A DNA stretch of 63,675 nucleotides from Patescibacteria group bacterium (GCA_028718745.1 JAQULF010000004.1:1-63675); one strand, 5' to 3'; shown: positions 8,807 to 17,810, counted from the first letter of the stretch. A program made the numbers and translations. Notes: generated by a model from the letters alone, not told the origin.

Positions 8807-9751
8807 GTGAAAAAAAACCTAAAGAAAGTAGTGGTAATTGCTGTACACGATAAAACGATTCACGCTGACGAAGTGTTCGCGGTAGCAATCCTGAAAATGT
8901 TGCTTAACATACTATACAAAGACGATCCGAAGAAAATCCGGATCGTGCGCACGCGTGACAAGAAGCTACTCGCCGAAGCAGATTTCCGCATTGATGTTGG
9001 AATGGAATACGATGGCTCAAACAACTGGGATCACCATCAGTTCGATACGGATAAGGGCGAAGGAGTTCGGGAGAATGGCATCCCATTTTCGTCGGCCGGA
9101 CTCCTGTGGCACATATATGGACCGCAAGTCTGTGGCGATGCAGATGTCGCGGAAATCGTCGAGAAAAAGCTGATATGGTCCATCGACATACAGGACCACA
9201 ACAAAGGCATCCCATCATTTCCGCACTACAAAAAAGCCCAGCCATTCACAGTTTCGAGCCTTATCGCGATGTTCAACCCGGTATGGAACGATGGCGGCGC
9301 AGACCCAGATAGAGACTTCGAGCAAGCGGTGCTCGTCGCGGAAACGATTCTCAAAAGAACGATCGCCTATGCCGAAGCGGTCGTCGCAGCAGATTCGGCC
9401 GTTTACATGGCCAGCCTGGAAGCAGATCGCAAGCATAAGCTCTATGTGGTGCTTAAAGACAATGTGCCATGGAGAGAAATCATTCATCGTTATGTCCCAA
9501 AAAGCATGCTCTATGTGATCTGCCGAGTCCCAGGCAAAAAGGATGAGCGCTGGGTCGCATATTGCATCGAAGACAAGGGGAAACATCGCAAGAGCTTCCC
9601 GGCAAAATGGGCCAATCGCGAAGGAGAAGCCCTGGCAAAAGTAACCGGAGTGGTCGACGCTTTATTCTGTCACGCCGGTCTCTTTACCTGCAGTGCGACA
9701 ACGCTTGAAGGTGCTATCGCGCTCGTGGAGCTCGCCATCGCGGCCGAGTGA
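8807..9751 (+). CDS. MYG1/UPF0160-family metal-dependent hydrolase (GC-rich gene)
   Basis: GTG start; HDKTIHADEVFAVAILK, VRTRD, DVGMEYDGSNNWDHHQF; 52% GC in hand-counted 9301-9360. Confidence 0.75.
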   Translation: MKKNLKKVVVIAVHDKTIHADEVFAVAILKMLLNILYKDDPKKIRIVRTRDKKLLAEADFRIDVGMEYDGSNNWDHHQFDTDKGEGVRENGIPFSSAGLLWHIYGPQVCGDADVAEIVEKKLIWSIDIQDHNKGIPSFPHYKKAQPFTVSSLIAMFNPVWNDGGADPDRDFEQAVLVAETILKRTIAYAEAVVAADSAVYMASLEADRKHKLYVVLKDNVPWREIIHRYVPKSMLYVICRVPGKKDERWVAYCIEDKGKHRKSFPAKWANREGEALAKVTGVVDALFCHAGLFTCSATTLEGAIALVELAIAAE

Positions 9752-9789
9752 ACCCGATCGAATCACCAATGAAAAATGAAACAACAAAC

Positions 9790-9816
9790 CCGGGGCCTCA
9801 AAACCCCGGTTTTTTT
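9790..9816 (+). terminator. Rho-independent terminator
   Basis: CCGGGG-cctcaaaa-CCCCGG followed by T7. Confidence 0.75.
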
Positions 9817-9843
9817 ATTTTTTAAAAATGATAAAATGTTTTT

Positions 9844-10380
9844 ATGTTAATTGTTTTCACCGGAAACGGCAAAGGGAAAACTTCTGCGGCGCTGGGAACG
9901 GCGTTACGCTCTTTGGGTTGGAATAGAAAAGTGGCTATTATTCAATTTATAAAAGGTAACAAAGCAACGGGCGAGTGGCAATTCGGGAAATTCGGGACTA
10001 ATTCGGGACAATTCGTGGTAAAACAGTTTTTTGATGACAAACAATATTCAATTTCTGAAAAAAGTATTTTAGAAAATCCGGAATACAAAAAAAGCTGTAA
10101 GCAAGCTTGGAATTTTGCCAAAGAAACAATTTTAAGTAAAAAGTACGATCTCATCATTTTAGACGAAATCAACAACGCAATTCACCTTAAGCTTTTAGAC
10201 GAGAATGAGACCCTGCATTTTGTAGAGACACACGGCCGTGTGTCTGCATTTGATATAATTATGACCGGCCGCAATGCTTCGCAAAAGCTAATCGATATCG
10301 CTGATATGGTTACCGAAATGAAAGAAATAAAGCATCCCTTTCAAAAAGGAGTAAAGGCGAAAGAGGGGATTGATTATTAA
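9844..10380 (+). CDS. cobA: ATP:cob(I)alamin (corrinoid) adenosyltransferase, CobA/BtuR type
   Basis: FTGNGKGKTSAALGTALRSLG...IQFIKG, ILDEINNA; matches the cofactor need of nrdJ. Confidence 0.8.
   Translation: MLIVFTGNGKGKTSAALGTALRSLGWNRKVAIIQFIKGNKATGEWQFGKFGTNSGQFVVKQFFDDKQYSISEKSILENPEYKKSCKQAWNFAKETILSKKYDLIILDEINNAIHLKLLDENETLHFVETHGRVSAFDIIMTGRNASQKLIDIADMVTEMKEIKHPFQKGVKAKEGIDY
9979..10018 (+). repeat. In-frame AATTCGGGA word array inside cobA
   Basis: caATTCGGGAaATTCGGGActaATTCGGGAcaATTCGtgg encodes QFGKFGTNSGQFV; same word as intergenic palindromes 17811-17913 and 41961-42044. Confidence 0.8.
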
Positions 10381-10385
10381 AAAAC

Positions 10386-10411
10386 AAGATGCCCGTTTTA
10401 AGGAGCATCTT
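10386..10411. terminator. Bidirectional hairpin between convergent genes
   Basis: AAGATGC-12 nt-GCATCTT flanked by A-run and T-rich tract. Confidence 0.45.
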
Positions 10412-10442
10412 TGTGTGTCGTCGATCGGGAAATCGTGAAGGG

Positions 10443-10853
10443 CTATGACTTAGTCCTAAACAGACTAACCCTTACAGGCCGCTTCACTTTTTCGGGTTGT
10501 CGAAGATAGACATTGGTCGGTGAAAATTGTCTCACGGATTCTCTGGCCCGTTTTGCTCTCGAATTCTCCCTTGCCCAAATAGCCCTGATGCGAGTTATCT
10601 GCTCCTCCGATAGTTTCGGTTCGAACTCATTCGTCATCATCTTCGAGAGTCCGCCACTTTTGATAGTAGCGATGTGTTTAGCCAAAATCTCCCACTCGCT
10701 TTCCGAATCTACATATTCAATCAGGCTTCTTGCAAGATTCAGAATTTTGACTCTCATGGCATCGGTCTTAACACATGCATTGCGGTACTTTGTCCATTCT
10801 TCAGTTAGGGCCGCGGATGTTTCGGCAAAAACAGTTGCCCTGTCCTTTTCCAT
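10443..10853 (-). CDS. Hypothetical protein (GC-richer islet)
   Basis: 136-aa ORF; GAGGAG 7 nt upstream of the ATG; protein-like composition, unlike the overlapping + strand ORF. Confidence 0.45.
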   Translation of the reverse strand: MEKDRATVFAETSAALTEEWTKYRNACVKTDAMRVKILNLARSLIEYVDSESEWEILAKHIATIKSGGLSKMMTNEFEPKLSEEQITRIRAIWARENSRAKRARESVRQFSPTNVYLRQPEKVKRPVRVSLFRTKS

Positions 10854-10946
10854 GGAATTACTCCTCTGTGTGGATTAAAAAACCAAGTTGTAATATAATA
10901 ATAGCACCATTATGCGATTTTTGTCAATAGAAACTAACATAATTTT

Positions 10947-11180
10947 ATGAAGATAAGTGTGCATCTTACGCCAAACGCCAAAAAATCCGAGATTCTCGGT
11001 GAACAAGACGACCTATTCGGTGGTAAGGTTTTGCGCGTCAAGGTCGCCGCACCTCCGATTGAGGGTAAAGCGAACAAAGAGCTGATAAACATTTTGAGCG
11101 AACATTTTGATGTTCCTAAAAGCAAAATCTCAATTCTTTCCGGCGAAAAATCTAGAAATAAAATCGTAGAGATAAAATAA
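10947..11180 (+). CDS. DUF167/YggU-family protein
   Basis: 77 aa; V.PNAKKSEI...LRVKVAAPPIEGKANKELI..LS..F.V.KS.I.I.SG..SR.K.VEI pattern. Confidence 0.8.
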   Translation: MKISVHLTPNAKKSEILGEQDDLFGGKVLRVKVAAPPIEGKANKELINILSEHFDVPKSKISILSGEKSRNKIVEIK

Positions 11181-11241
11181 AAGAACCCCTGCGGATTCTT
11201 TCAAAAAAAATGAAACTGGTTCGCTAGTTGTAAAAACTAGC

Positions 11242-11508
11242 TTAGAGGGTTGGAAACTTCAAGGGTTCTGCGGTTTTGATCCTTGAAGCCATTTCATCTG
11301 CAAAACTCCTCTCTTCGATGGCTTTTTTGACGCGATTGAACTCATCAAGAGTTTTAATACAAATGAGGGCTGTGCTTAGAACAATCCTTTCAGCAATTCT
11401 TTTTTGTGTTTTATCCACTACCATTGCCTGATCAACCCAATTTAATACTTCCAAAATCCTGTCCACATTGCCAGATGCCTTGCGCAAACAATTTACTAAT
11501 TCTCCCAT
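11242..11508 (-). CDS. Hypothetical protein
   Basis: 88-aa ORF; GGAGG 6 nt upstream of the ATG. Confidence 0.4.
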   Translation of the reverse strand: MGELVNCLRKASGNVDRILEVLNWVDQAMVVDKTQKRIAERIVLSTALICIKTLDEFNRVKKAIEERSFADEMASRIKTAEPLKFPTL

Positions 11509-11630
11509 GAAATGCCTCCGCAGAAGTTGGATTGTGGTTTTGGATTAACGACTTTCTATTCTACACCAAAACTCAATAAAATGCAATTGAAAAAACAGGG
11601 AAAGTGTTATATTGTAATATTGTTGTATTT

Positions 11631-11660
11631 TACTTACTACCTACTACATACTACTTACTA
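11631..11660 (-). repeat. GTAG word array, inverted copy, directly upstream of the ileS start
   Basis: Reverse complement TAGTAAGTAGTATGTAGTAGGTAGTAAGTA matches 3684-3713 at 29/30. Confidence 0.8.
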
Positions 11661-11668
11661 CCACCCCC

Positions 11669-14600
11669 ATGCCCTTCAAACCCGTCAATCCAAAAATCAG
11701 TTTTCCCGAACTTGAAAAAGACATATTAGGCTTTTGGGAAAAGGAAAAAATATTTGAGAAATCCTTGAATAAAGAAAGCCCCAAGGGTTCGTTTGTATTT
11801 TACGAAGGACCTCCAACGGCGAATGGGAAACCGGGCTTGCACCATGTTCTTGCTCGCGCTTTCAAAGATGTTTTACCTCGCTATAAAACAATGCGGGGTT
11901 TTACCGTCCCTCGCAAAGCCGGTTGGGATACGCATGGATTACCGGTAGAAATTGAGGTTGAAAAAAAGCTGGGCATTTCCGGCAAACAAGATATTGAAAA
12001 AATCAAAGCAACTCCCGAAGAAAGCATTATCGAATTTAATAAACTCTGCAAAGAAAGTGTTTTCGCTTATAAAAAGGAATGGGAGGAAATGACAAAGCGC
12101 ATGGGTTTTTGGCTGGATATGGATCATCCCTATATTACTTATGAAAATAATTACATCGAATCGGTTTGGTGGGTCGTATCTCAAGCATTTAAAAAAGGTT
12201 TATTTTTCAAAGGCCACAAAATCGTCCCATATTGCCCTCGTTGCGGGACAGCTCTTTCTTCGCACGAATTAGCCCAAGGGTACAAGGAAGTTGAGGATAA
12301 GTCAATTTATATAAAATTTGAACTTGAAGATGAGCCGGGTACTTTTTTTCTTGTCTGGACAACCACACCATGGACGCTTCCTGGAAATATAGCGTTAGCG
12401 GTAAACAAAGATATCGAGTACATTAAGCTTACTTATACAAAATGGGAGCATGGCGGACCCGAATGGGAAAATAGGGATGTTGCAAAAGGTGAAGCCACTA
12501 TAATTGCTTCTAGACAATTTTTCGAGCAACATAAATCTGATAAAAATCTTCATGACAAATATAATATGGGAGATTATAAAACCATAAAAGGTTCGGAATT
12601 GCTTGGAAAAAAATATAAACAACTTTATCCCTTTATTATCCCAGAAAAAAAAGCTTTTTATGTTATTTCCGGCGACTTCGTTAGTGATTCTGATGGCACA
12701 GGCATCGTTCATATCGCTCCGGCCTATGGCGAAGAAGATTATGTTGTTGGAAAAGAAAATGATCTTCCGGTTTTAATGACTTTGGACAAAGAAGGCAAGA
12801 TGCTTCCCGAGATTACATCTTGGGCTGGCCTTGGGGCAAAAGAAAGCGACCCATTGATCATTGAAGATCTGAAAAAAAGAGATCTGCTTTTTGATACAGA
12901 AATGTATAAACATGACTATCCTTTTTGCTGGCGCTGCGACACGGCCTTGCTTTATTATGCCAAGGATTCTTGGTTCATTGAGATGACGAAGCTCAAAGAC
13001 GAATTGGTAAAAAATAATGAAAATATCAATTGGGTTCCGGACAATATCAAACATGGGCGTTTTGGCGAATGGCTCGAGGGTGTCAAAGATTGGGCGATCT
13101 CTAGGGATAGATATTGGGGAACGCCACTTCCGGTTTGGCAGTGCGAAAAGTGCAGAGAACTAAAATGCATTTCCTCAATTGAAGAGCTAAAAAATTCATC
13201 GGACTTTGATTCGACCTATCCGTCCGATTTGTCCTTAGATCTACACAGACCTTATATAGATAAGATAACCTTTGCTTGTGATTGCGGAGGAGTGATGACT
13301 CGCGTTCCAGAGGTTATGGATGTATGGCTTGATAGTGGCACAATGCCTTATTCACAATTGCATTATCCTTTTGACCCCAGCAGTATATCCTCGCAAAGCT
13401 CGGATAACTACGGGGCAGGAAACAAAGAGATGCCTTTGGCGTTACCAAAATACTTTCCCGCAGACTTCATTTCTGAAGCCGTGGACCAAACCCGCGGTTG
13501 GTTTTATACGCTTCATGCGATTTCAACATTTCTTGGCATGGGAAATTGTTTTAAAAATGTCATTTGTCTCGGTCATATTCTTGATAGCAAAGGACAGAAG
13601 ATGAGTAAATCTAAAGGCAACATGATGGATCCGATGGAAGTTGCCAATGTTCATGGTTTTGACGCGATCCGCTGGTATATGTACACCAATAACCAGCCCG
13701 GCGAACCAAAATTGGTTTCCGATGAAGCGATTAAAGACCAAGTCCGCAGATTCCTACTTATTTTGTGGAATACTTATAGTTTTTTTGTAACATACGCGAA
13801 CATAAAAGATCTCAAAACTCAAATGTCAAATGTCAAAACTACAACTCAAAACTCAAATCTTTTTGATGCTTGGTTGATTTCTAGAAAGAACAAACTAATT
13901 AAAGAAGTTACTAATCACTTAGAGAAGTATGATATTTTTAGTGCCACAAGACGCATAGAAGAATTTGTTGTTGAACTTTCTACTTGGTATCTCCGCCGAA
14001 ATAAGAAGCGAGATGATGCGGAATTTTTACAAGTTTTACATGAAACATTGGTTGATATTGTTAAACTTTTAGCGCCTTTTACGCCTTTTGTTGCTGAAGA
14101 AATTTATAAAAATTTAACAGGCAAAGAATCTGTTCACTTAGATTCATGGCCTGAATTTGACGAGAGCCTGATAAATACTGCTCTAGAACACGAAATGAAA
14201 TTGGCGCGAGAAATTATCGAAGCCGGACACGCTATCAGAAAAGAAAAAGTAATTAAAGTCCGCCAACCTCTATCCGCTATCGAAGTGCTAAATTTCAAAC
14301 CAAAATTTGATTTGAATGATATTATATTAGACGAGCTTAATGTCAAAAAAATTGATTTTGTAGATACATTTTCCGAAGGCGGCGATTGGTTCAAAAAAGA
14401 AAAGATGCTCGGCGACTTATCTGTCCCATTAGTCTCATTGAATCTCTCCATCACCCCCGATCTCAAATCCGAAGGCGATATGCGCGAAATCGTGCGCCTC
14501 ATTCAAGACGCTCGCAAAGAAGCAAGATACGCCTTTTCCGATGAGGTAAAATGCTATTTCCAAACCGATTCACAAGAGCTGAAAGATGTCATTGCTAAAT

Positions 14601-14722
14601 TTAGCGAAGAAATAAAAAAACAAACCATCCTTTCCGATCTAAAAGAGGGGATTGAAAAAGGAGATATTGAAAAAGAAAGCGAAATAGACAGACAAAAAAT
14701 TACGATTTCTTTGAAAAAATAA
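11669..14722 (+). CDS. ileS: Isoleucyl-tRNA synthetase (type 2)
   Basis: 1017 aa; PPTANGKPGLHHV (HIGH-type), KMSKSKGN, editing domain, zinc-binding CxxC pairs. Confidence 0.95.
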   Translation: MPFKPVNPKISFPELEKDILGFWEKEKIFEKSLNKESPKGSFVFYEGPPTANGKPGLHHVLARAFKDVLPRYKTMRGFTVPRKAGWDTHGLPVEIEVEKKLGISGKQDIEKIKATPEESIIEFNKLCKESVFAYKKEWEEMTKRMGFWLDMDHPYITYENNYIESVWWVVSQAFKKGLFFKGHKIVPYCPRCGTALSSHELAQGYKEVEDKSIYIKFELEDEPGTFFLVWTTTPWTLPGNIALAVNKDIEYIKLTYTKWEHGGPEWENRDVAKGEATIIASRQFFEQHKSDKNLHDKYNMGDYKTIKGSELLGKKYKQLYPFIIPEKKAFYVISGDFVSDSDGTGIVHIAPAYGEEDYVVGKENDLPVLMTLDKEGKMLPEITSWAGLGAKESDPLIIEDLKKRDLLFDTEMYKHDYPFCWRCDTALLYYAKDSWFIEMTKLKDELVKNNENINWVPDNIKHGRFGEWLEGVKDWAISRDRYWGTPLPVWQCEKCRELKCISSIEELKNSSDFDSTYPSDLSLDLHRPYIDKITFACDCGGVMTRVPEVMDVWLDSGTMPYSQLHYPFDPSSISSQSSDNYGAGNKEMPLALPKYFPADFISEAVDQTRGWFYTLHAISTFLGMGNCFKNVICLGHILDSKGQKMSKSKGNMMDPMEVANVHGFDAIRWYMYTNNQPGEPKLVSDEAIKDQVRRFLLILWNTYSFFVTYANIKDLKTQMSNVKTTTQNSNLFDAWLISRKNKLIKEVTNHLEKYDIFSATRRIEEFVVELSTWYLRRNKKRDDAEFLQVLHETLVDIVKLLAPFTPFVAEEIYKNLTGKESVHLDSWPEFDESLINTALEHEMKLAREIIEAGHAIRKEKVIKVRQPLSAIEVLNFKPKFDLNDIILDELNVKKIDFVDTFSEGGDWFKKEKMLGDLSVPLVSLNLSITPDLKSEGDMREIVRLIQDARKEARYAFSDEVKCYFQTDSQELKDVIAKFSEEIKKQTILSDLKEGIEKGDIEKESEIDRQKITISLKK
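13811..13860 (+). repeat. In-frame word array (CTCAAAA / CAAATGT) inside ileS
   Basis: ctcaaaactcaaatgtcaaatgtcaaaactacaactcaaaactcaaatct encodes LKTQMSNVKTTTQNSNL; same words as the palindrome at 44428-44530. Confidence 0.7.
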
Positions 14723-14737
14723 TTAGATTTTTTTGTG

Positions 14738-14766
14738 TTGATATTGCCATTAAATTCTGATAAGAT
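14738..14766 (+). promoter_or_regulatory. Sigma-70-type promoter of a GC-rich islet
   Basis: TTGATA, 17-nt spacer, TAAGAT. Confidence 0.45.
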
Positions 14767-14839
14767 ATAAGCAACATAAGGTCGGCATCAGACTTTACTA
14801 CCTTAAAAATAAGCCCATTGGGCGAAAGGAGGCCACATC

Positions 14840-15565
14840 ATGTGGCCTTACATCATTGGTTTTCTGCTTCTTGTCGGCGGAATCTTCGGTTTGCGCAAAT
14901 ATCGCGAATACAAAAAAATGAAAAAGGCGATTGAGGATGAGAGGCAGGAAGTTATCAAAGAAAGAAAGATCGTGCTGGAAAACCTGGAAAACCCATCAAG
15001 GGAGGTAGTTTTATCTTCCTCTTCCAATCTGTATTCCCTTATCGGAGTTTATGATGATCCTTGCACTCCCGAATGGCACTGCTATCCCTCGTGGGTAGAC
15101 GAACTCGAAAGACGCCCATTCCGGCTCGAGTGGATTGGCACCACCCAGGAAAAACTCGTGGAATTAATAGATCGCTGGACCCGCATAAAAAACATATTCA
15201 TGAGCCTGGAAATAATGCGAAGACCGGAGGAAAGCGACGAGTGGGAAGTAGCCGAGAAATTGTTCAGGCGCGAATTGGAGATCCTCGGTTTCCCGCTCAC
15301 CTTCTTCGAAACCAGCGAAGAAGAAATTGCCAAGCTTGGCAAGAAATACAACGAATGTGAGGCCAAGAGAAATCTTGCATCCATTCGAAGATATGAGAAA
15401 AAAATTCTCGAACTCTTCGATAAAATGAGCGATGCACTGGGAAAAAGTGGCCTTGAAGAACAAGACATTGGAGTTAACCAGGTTGATATACACCTCATCA
15501 GTGCATTATCTGCAATCCAGAAGTTTCGGAAAACATACGATGAGATCAATTTGATGTTTCCTTAG
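14840..15565 (+). CDS. Hypothetical N-terminally membrane-anchored protein (GC-rich islet)
   Basis: 241 aa; AGGAGG 7 nt upstream; N-terminal TM helix WPYIIGFLLLVGGIFGL. Confidence 0.5.
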   Translation: MWPYIIGFLLLVGGIFGLRKYREYKKMKKAIEDERQEVIKERKIVLENLENPSREVVLSSSSNLYSLIGVYDDPCTPEWHCYPSWVDELERRPFRLEWIGTTQEKLVELIDRWTRIKNIFMSLEIMRRPEESDEWEVAEKLFRRELEILGFPLTFFETSEEEIAKLGKKYNECEAKRNLASIRRYEKKILELFDKMSDALGKSGLEEQDIGVNQVDIHLISALSAIQKFRKTYDEINLMFP

Positions 15566-15594
15566 GACAAAACCACCACGGAGGAGGTGATTGA

Positions 15595-15774
15595 ATGGAA
15601 CAAATGGTTTTTTGCCTTATGTTGCTCAAGGCATGGTTCTGTAATAATGCCATGGGCAATCCGGCCTTCTGGTGGATCGCCTTATGTTTGACAGCAATCA
15701 TGATCAGCGAGATCATACCGATCCGCACGAGAAGGCCACACTATTACCGAAGAAATCGGAGAAGGGTTTTTTAA
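15595..15774 (+). CDS. Small (59 aa) membrane protein with basic tail (below ORF-track cutoff)
   Basis: GGAGGAGGTG then ATG; hydrophobic AFWWIALCLTAIMISEII followed by RTRRPHYYRRNRRR. Confidence 0.4.
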   Translation: MEQMVFCLMLLKAWFCNNAMGNPAFWWIALCLTAIMISEIIPIRTRRPHYYRRNRRRVF

Positions 15775-15804
15775 CGCTTTTCTCCTGAACATTATTATAA
15801 TGAG

Positions 15805-15835
15805 AGGCTCGGTCTAAACCCCCGGAGCCTTTTTT
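15805..15835 (+). terminator. Rho-independent terminator of the islet
   Basis: AGGCTCGG...CC(G)GAGCCT followed by TTTTT. Confidence 0.6.
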
Positions 15836-15836
15836 C

Positions 15837-15865
15837 TTGACCAAAAACGGCCCATCTGATATAAT
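15837..15865 (+). promoter_or_regulatory. Sigma-70-type promoter for rplU
   Basis: TTGACC, exactly 17 nt, TATAAT. Confidence 0.65.
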
Positions 15866-15908
15866 GGTTCCAAAGAGGGCTTTTATTAATTCTTCAGGAG
15901 GAAGAAAA

Positions 15909-16220
15909 ATGTTTGCTGTTGTAAAAACAGGAGGGAAACAATATATCGTCAGAGAAGGAGATACGCTTGATATTGAGAAAATAGAGGGCAAGAAAGGCGA
16001 AAAAGCCTCTCTTGACCAGATTCTTCTGTTATCCACAGGGGATAGTATTAAGGTTGGCACCCCAACCGTAACAGGAATAAGGGTGGAAATAGAGATAGTT
16101 GACCAGTTCAAGGCCAAAAAGGTTGAGATGATCAAATATAAGAAAAAGACCGGTTACAGGAGAAAAAAGGGACATAGACAGAATAAGACTAAGGTAAAGA
16201 TACTAAAAATAAATGCTTAA
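15909..16220 (+). CDS. rplU: Ribosomal protein L21
   Basis: MFAVVKTGGKQYIVREGD start preceded by AGGAGG; 103 aa. The ORF-track start at 15837 overlaps the promoter. Confidence 0.9.
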   Translation: MFAVVKTGGKQYIVREGDTLDIEKIEGKKGEKASLDQILLLSTGDSIKVGTPTVTGIRVEIEIVDQFKAKKVEMIKYKKKTGYRRKKGHRQNKTKVKILKINA

Positions 16221-16350
16221 AATTCCTAAGTCCTAAATTATAATTTCTAATAAAATGTCAAATGATTAAAGGACTAAATGAATAAAGGATTGTTTTGATA
16301 TTTGAAATTTGGATTTTTATTAGATATTAGAGCTTAGAACTTAGAAATTC
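16221..16350. repeat. Nested intergenic word palindrome (CCTAAG/CTTAGAA, AAATG words)
   Basis: Left arm attcctaagtcctaaattataatttctaat pairs with attagatattagagcttagaacttagaaat. Confidence 0.7.
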
Positions 16351-16369
16351 ACATTATAAAACACGATTT

Positions 16370-16564
16370 ATGAAAAGAAATCCCATAACTAGTTTTCTAA
16401 AAGAATCTTTTGGTGAGCTGAAAAAAGTCGTTTGGCCAAAAAGATCAGAGGTTATCAAAAAAACCTTGATTGTGATTATTTCCATGATTGTTATCGCCGC
16501 CCTAATAGGCGCGCTGGATTATGGTTTATCAGCAGGCATAGAAGTTTTAATTAATTTAAAATAA
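16370..16564 (+). CDS. secE: Preprotein translocase subunit SecE
   Basis: 64 aa; ELKKVVWPKRSEV then a single TM helix; upstream of nusG. Confidence 0.85.
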   Translation: MKRNPITSFLKESFGELKKVVWPKRSEVIKKTLIVIISMIVIAALIGALDYGLSAGIEVLINLK

Positions 16565-16590
16565 ATCCCGCCTTGGCGGGATAAAAAACT

Positions 16591-17247
16591 ATGACGAATA
16601 GTGAACAAGACATATTAGAAACCTCTGCGGTTACAGATGCCGAAGAGGAAACCAAACCGGAAGAACAAGAACACAAAAAAGCTTCTTTGGGTAAGGTTTT
16701 GTCAGAAGATAAGGAAAGAGACGCCAATCCCCAGTGGTATGTTATTCATACCTATTCCGGTTATGAAGATCAGGTGGCGGAATCTTTGAAGCAAAGAATC
16801 GAAACCTTGGATATGAAAGATAAGATTTTTGATATTGTCGTGCCAAAAGAAAAGCAAATTGAAATCAAGGGCGGCAAGAGAAAGAAAGTGGAGAAAAAAA
16901 TCTTTCCGGGCTATATTCTGGTAAAAATGGTCATGACCAAAAACAGCTGGTATGTTGTTCGAAATACGCCCAATGTAACCGGATTTATTGGAACAGGAAC
17001 CGATCCTGTGCCGATTAATGAAGACGAGGTAGAATTAATTTTGAAGAGAATGGGAGTAGAGGAGCCGAAGTATAAGATTGATCTTTCTGCCGGCGATCCG
17101 GTCAGAATCAATGATGGACCATTCAAAGATATGGACGCGGTAGTTTCCGACATCGATCAGGAAAAGGGCAAAATCAAAGTTTTGGTCAGCATTTTCGGCC
17201 GTGAAACACCGGTAGAAGTAGATTTCTTACAAGTAAAAAAAATATAA
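16591..17247 (+). CDS. nusG: Transcription antitermination factor NusG with acidic N-terminal extension
   Basis: WYVIHTYSGYE, FPGYILVKM, KOW motif GDPVRINDGPFKDMDAVV. Confidence 0.93.
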   Translation: MTNSEQDILETSAVTDAEEETKPEEQEHKKASLGKVLSEDKERDANPQWYVIHTYSGYEDQVAESLKQRIETLDMKDKIFDIVVPKEKQIEIKGGKRKKVEKKIFPGYILVKMVMTKNSWYVVRNTPNVTGFIGTGTDPVPINEDEVELILKRMGVEEPKYKIDLSAGDPVRINDGPFKDMDAVVSDIDQEKGKIKVLVSIFGRETPVEVDFLQVKKI

Positions 17248-17347
17248 GGGTCTACAAATTACGAATTTATTACGAATGTACGAATTTTTTTCCTAATAAT
17301 TTTCTCTTATCTTATTCGTATATTCGTACCTATTCGTAATTCGTAGA
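17248..17347 (+). repeat. ~97-bp TACGAAT palindromic element, copy 1
   Basis: GGGTCTACaAATTACGAAT...ATTCGTAATTCGTAGA; outer 16 nt form near-perfect inverted termini (one mismatch in this copy). Confidence 0.8.
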
Positions 17348-17383
17348 ATATAAAATATTTAGAAAAAATTAAACATTTCAACT

Positions 17384-17809
17384 ATGGCTAAGAAGGTAAA
17401 GACGATAATTAAATTACAGATTCCTGCCGGCAAAGCTAATCCTGCGCCACCGGTTGGTTCCGCATTAGGACAACATGGTGTTAATATCATGGAATTCTGT
17501 AAGGCTTTCAATGAAAAAACCGCTCAACTGGGAGATAGTGTCATTCCGGCTGTTATTACCGTTTATGAAGATAGAACATTTTCGTTTATTACCAAACAGC
17601 CACCCATGACCGATTTGATCAAAAAGGCTTTGAAACTGGAAAAAGGTTCCGGTACGCCCAATAAAACCAAGGTGGGCAAATTGACCAAGGCGCAGATGGA
17701 AGATATCGCAAAAGCAAAAATGCCCGATTTAAATACGGAAGACTTGGCTCAAGCGGTAAAAATTGTCGCAGGGTCTGCAAGGCAAATGGGAGTGGAAGTA
17801 GAAAAATAA
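17384..17809 (+). CDS. rplK: Ribosomal protein L11
   Basis: [34 protein letters not shown]. Confidence 0.97.
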   Translation: MAKKVKTIIKLQIPAGKANPAPPVGSALGQHGVNIMEFCKAFNEKTAQLGDSVIPAVITVYEDRTFSFITKQPPMTDLIKKALKLEKGSGTPNKTKVGKLTKAQMEDIAKAKMPDLNTEDLAQAVKIVAGSARQMGVEVEK

Positions 17810-17810
17810 A

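Noticed and set aside
10513-10878. 121-aa plus-strand ORF overlapping the 10443-10853 minus-strand ORF
   Set aside because: It has no SD and a Ser/Leu-rich low-complexity translation. The minus-strand ORF has GAGGAG at correct spacing. Either call remains weak.
11509-11668. T-box leader upstream of ileS
   Set aside because: The spacer is ~160 nt and has no T-box consensus or specifier/antiterminator architecture. It consists of a candidate promoter plus the C-rich GTAG-word array.
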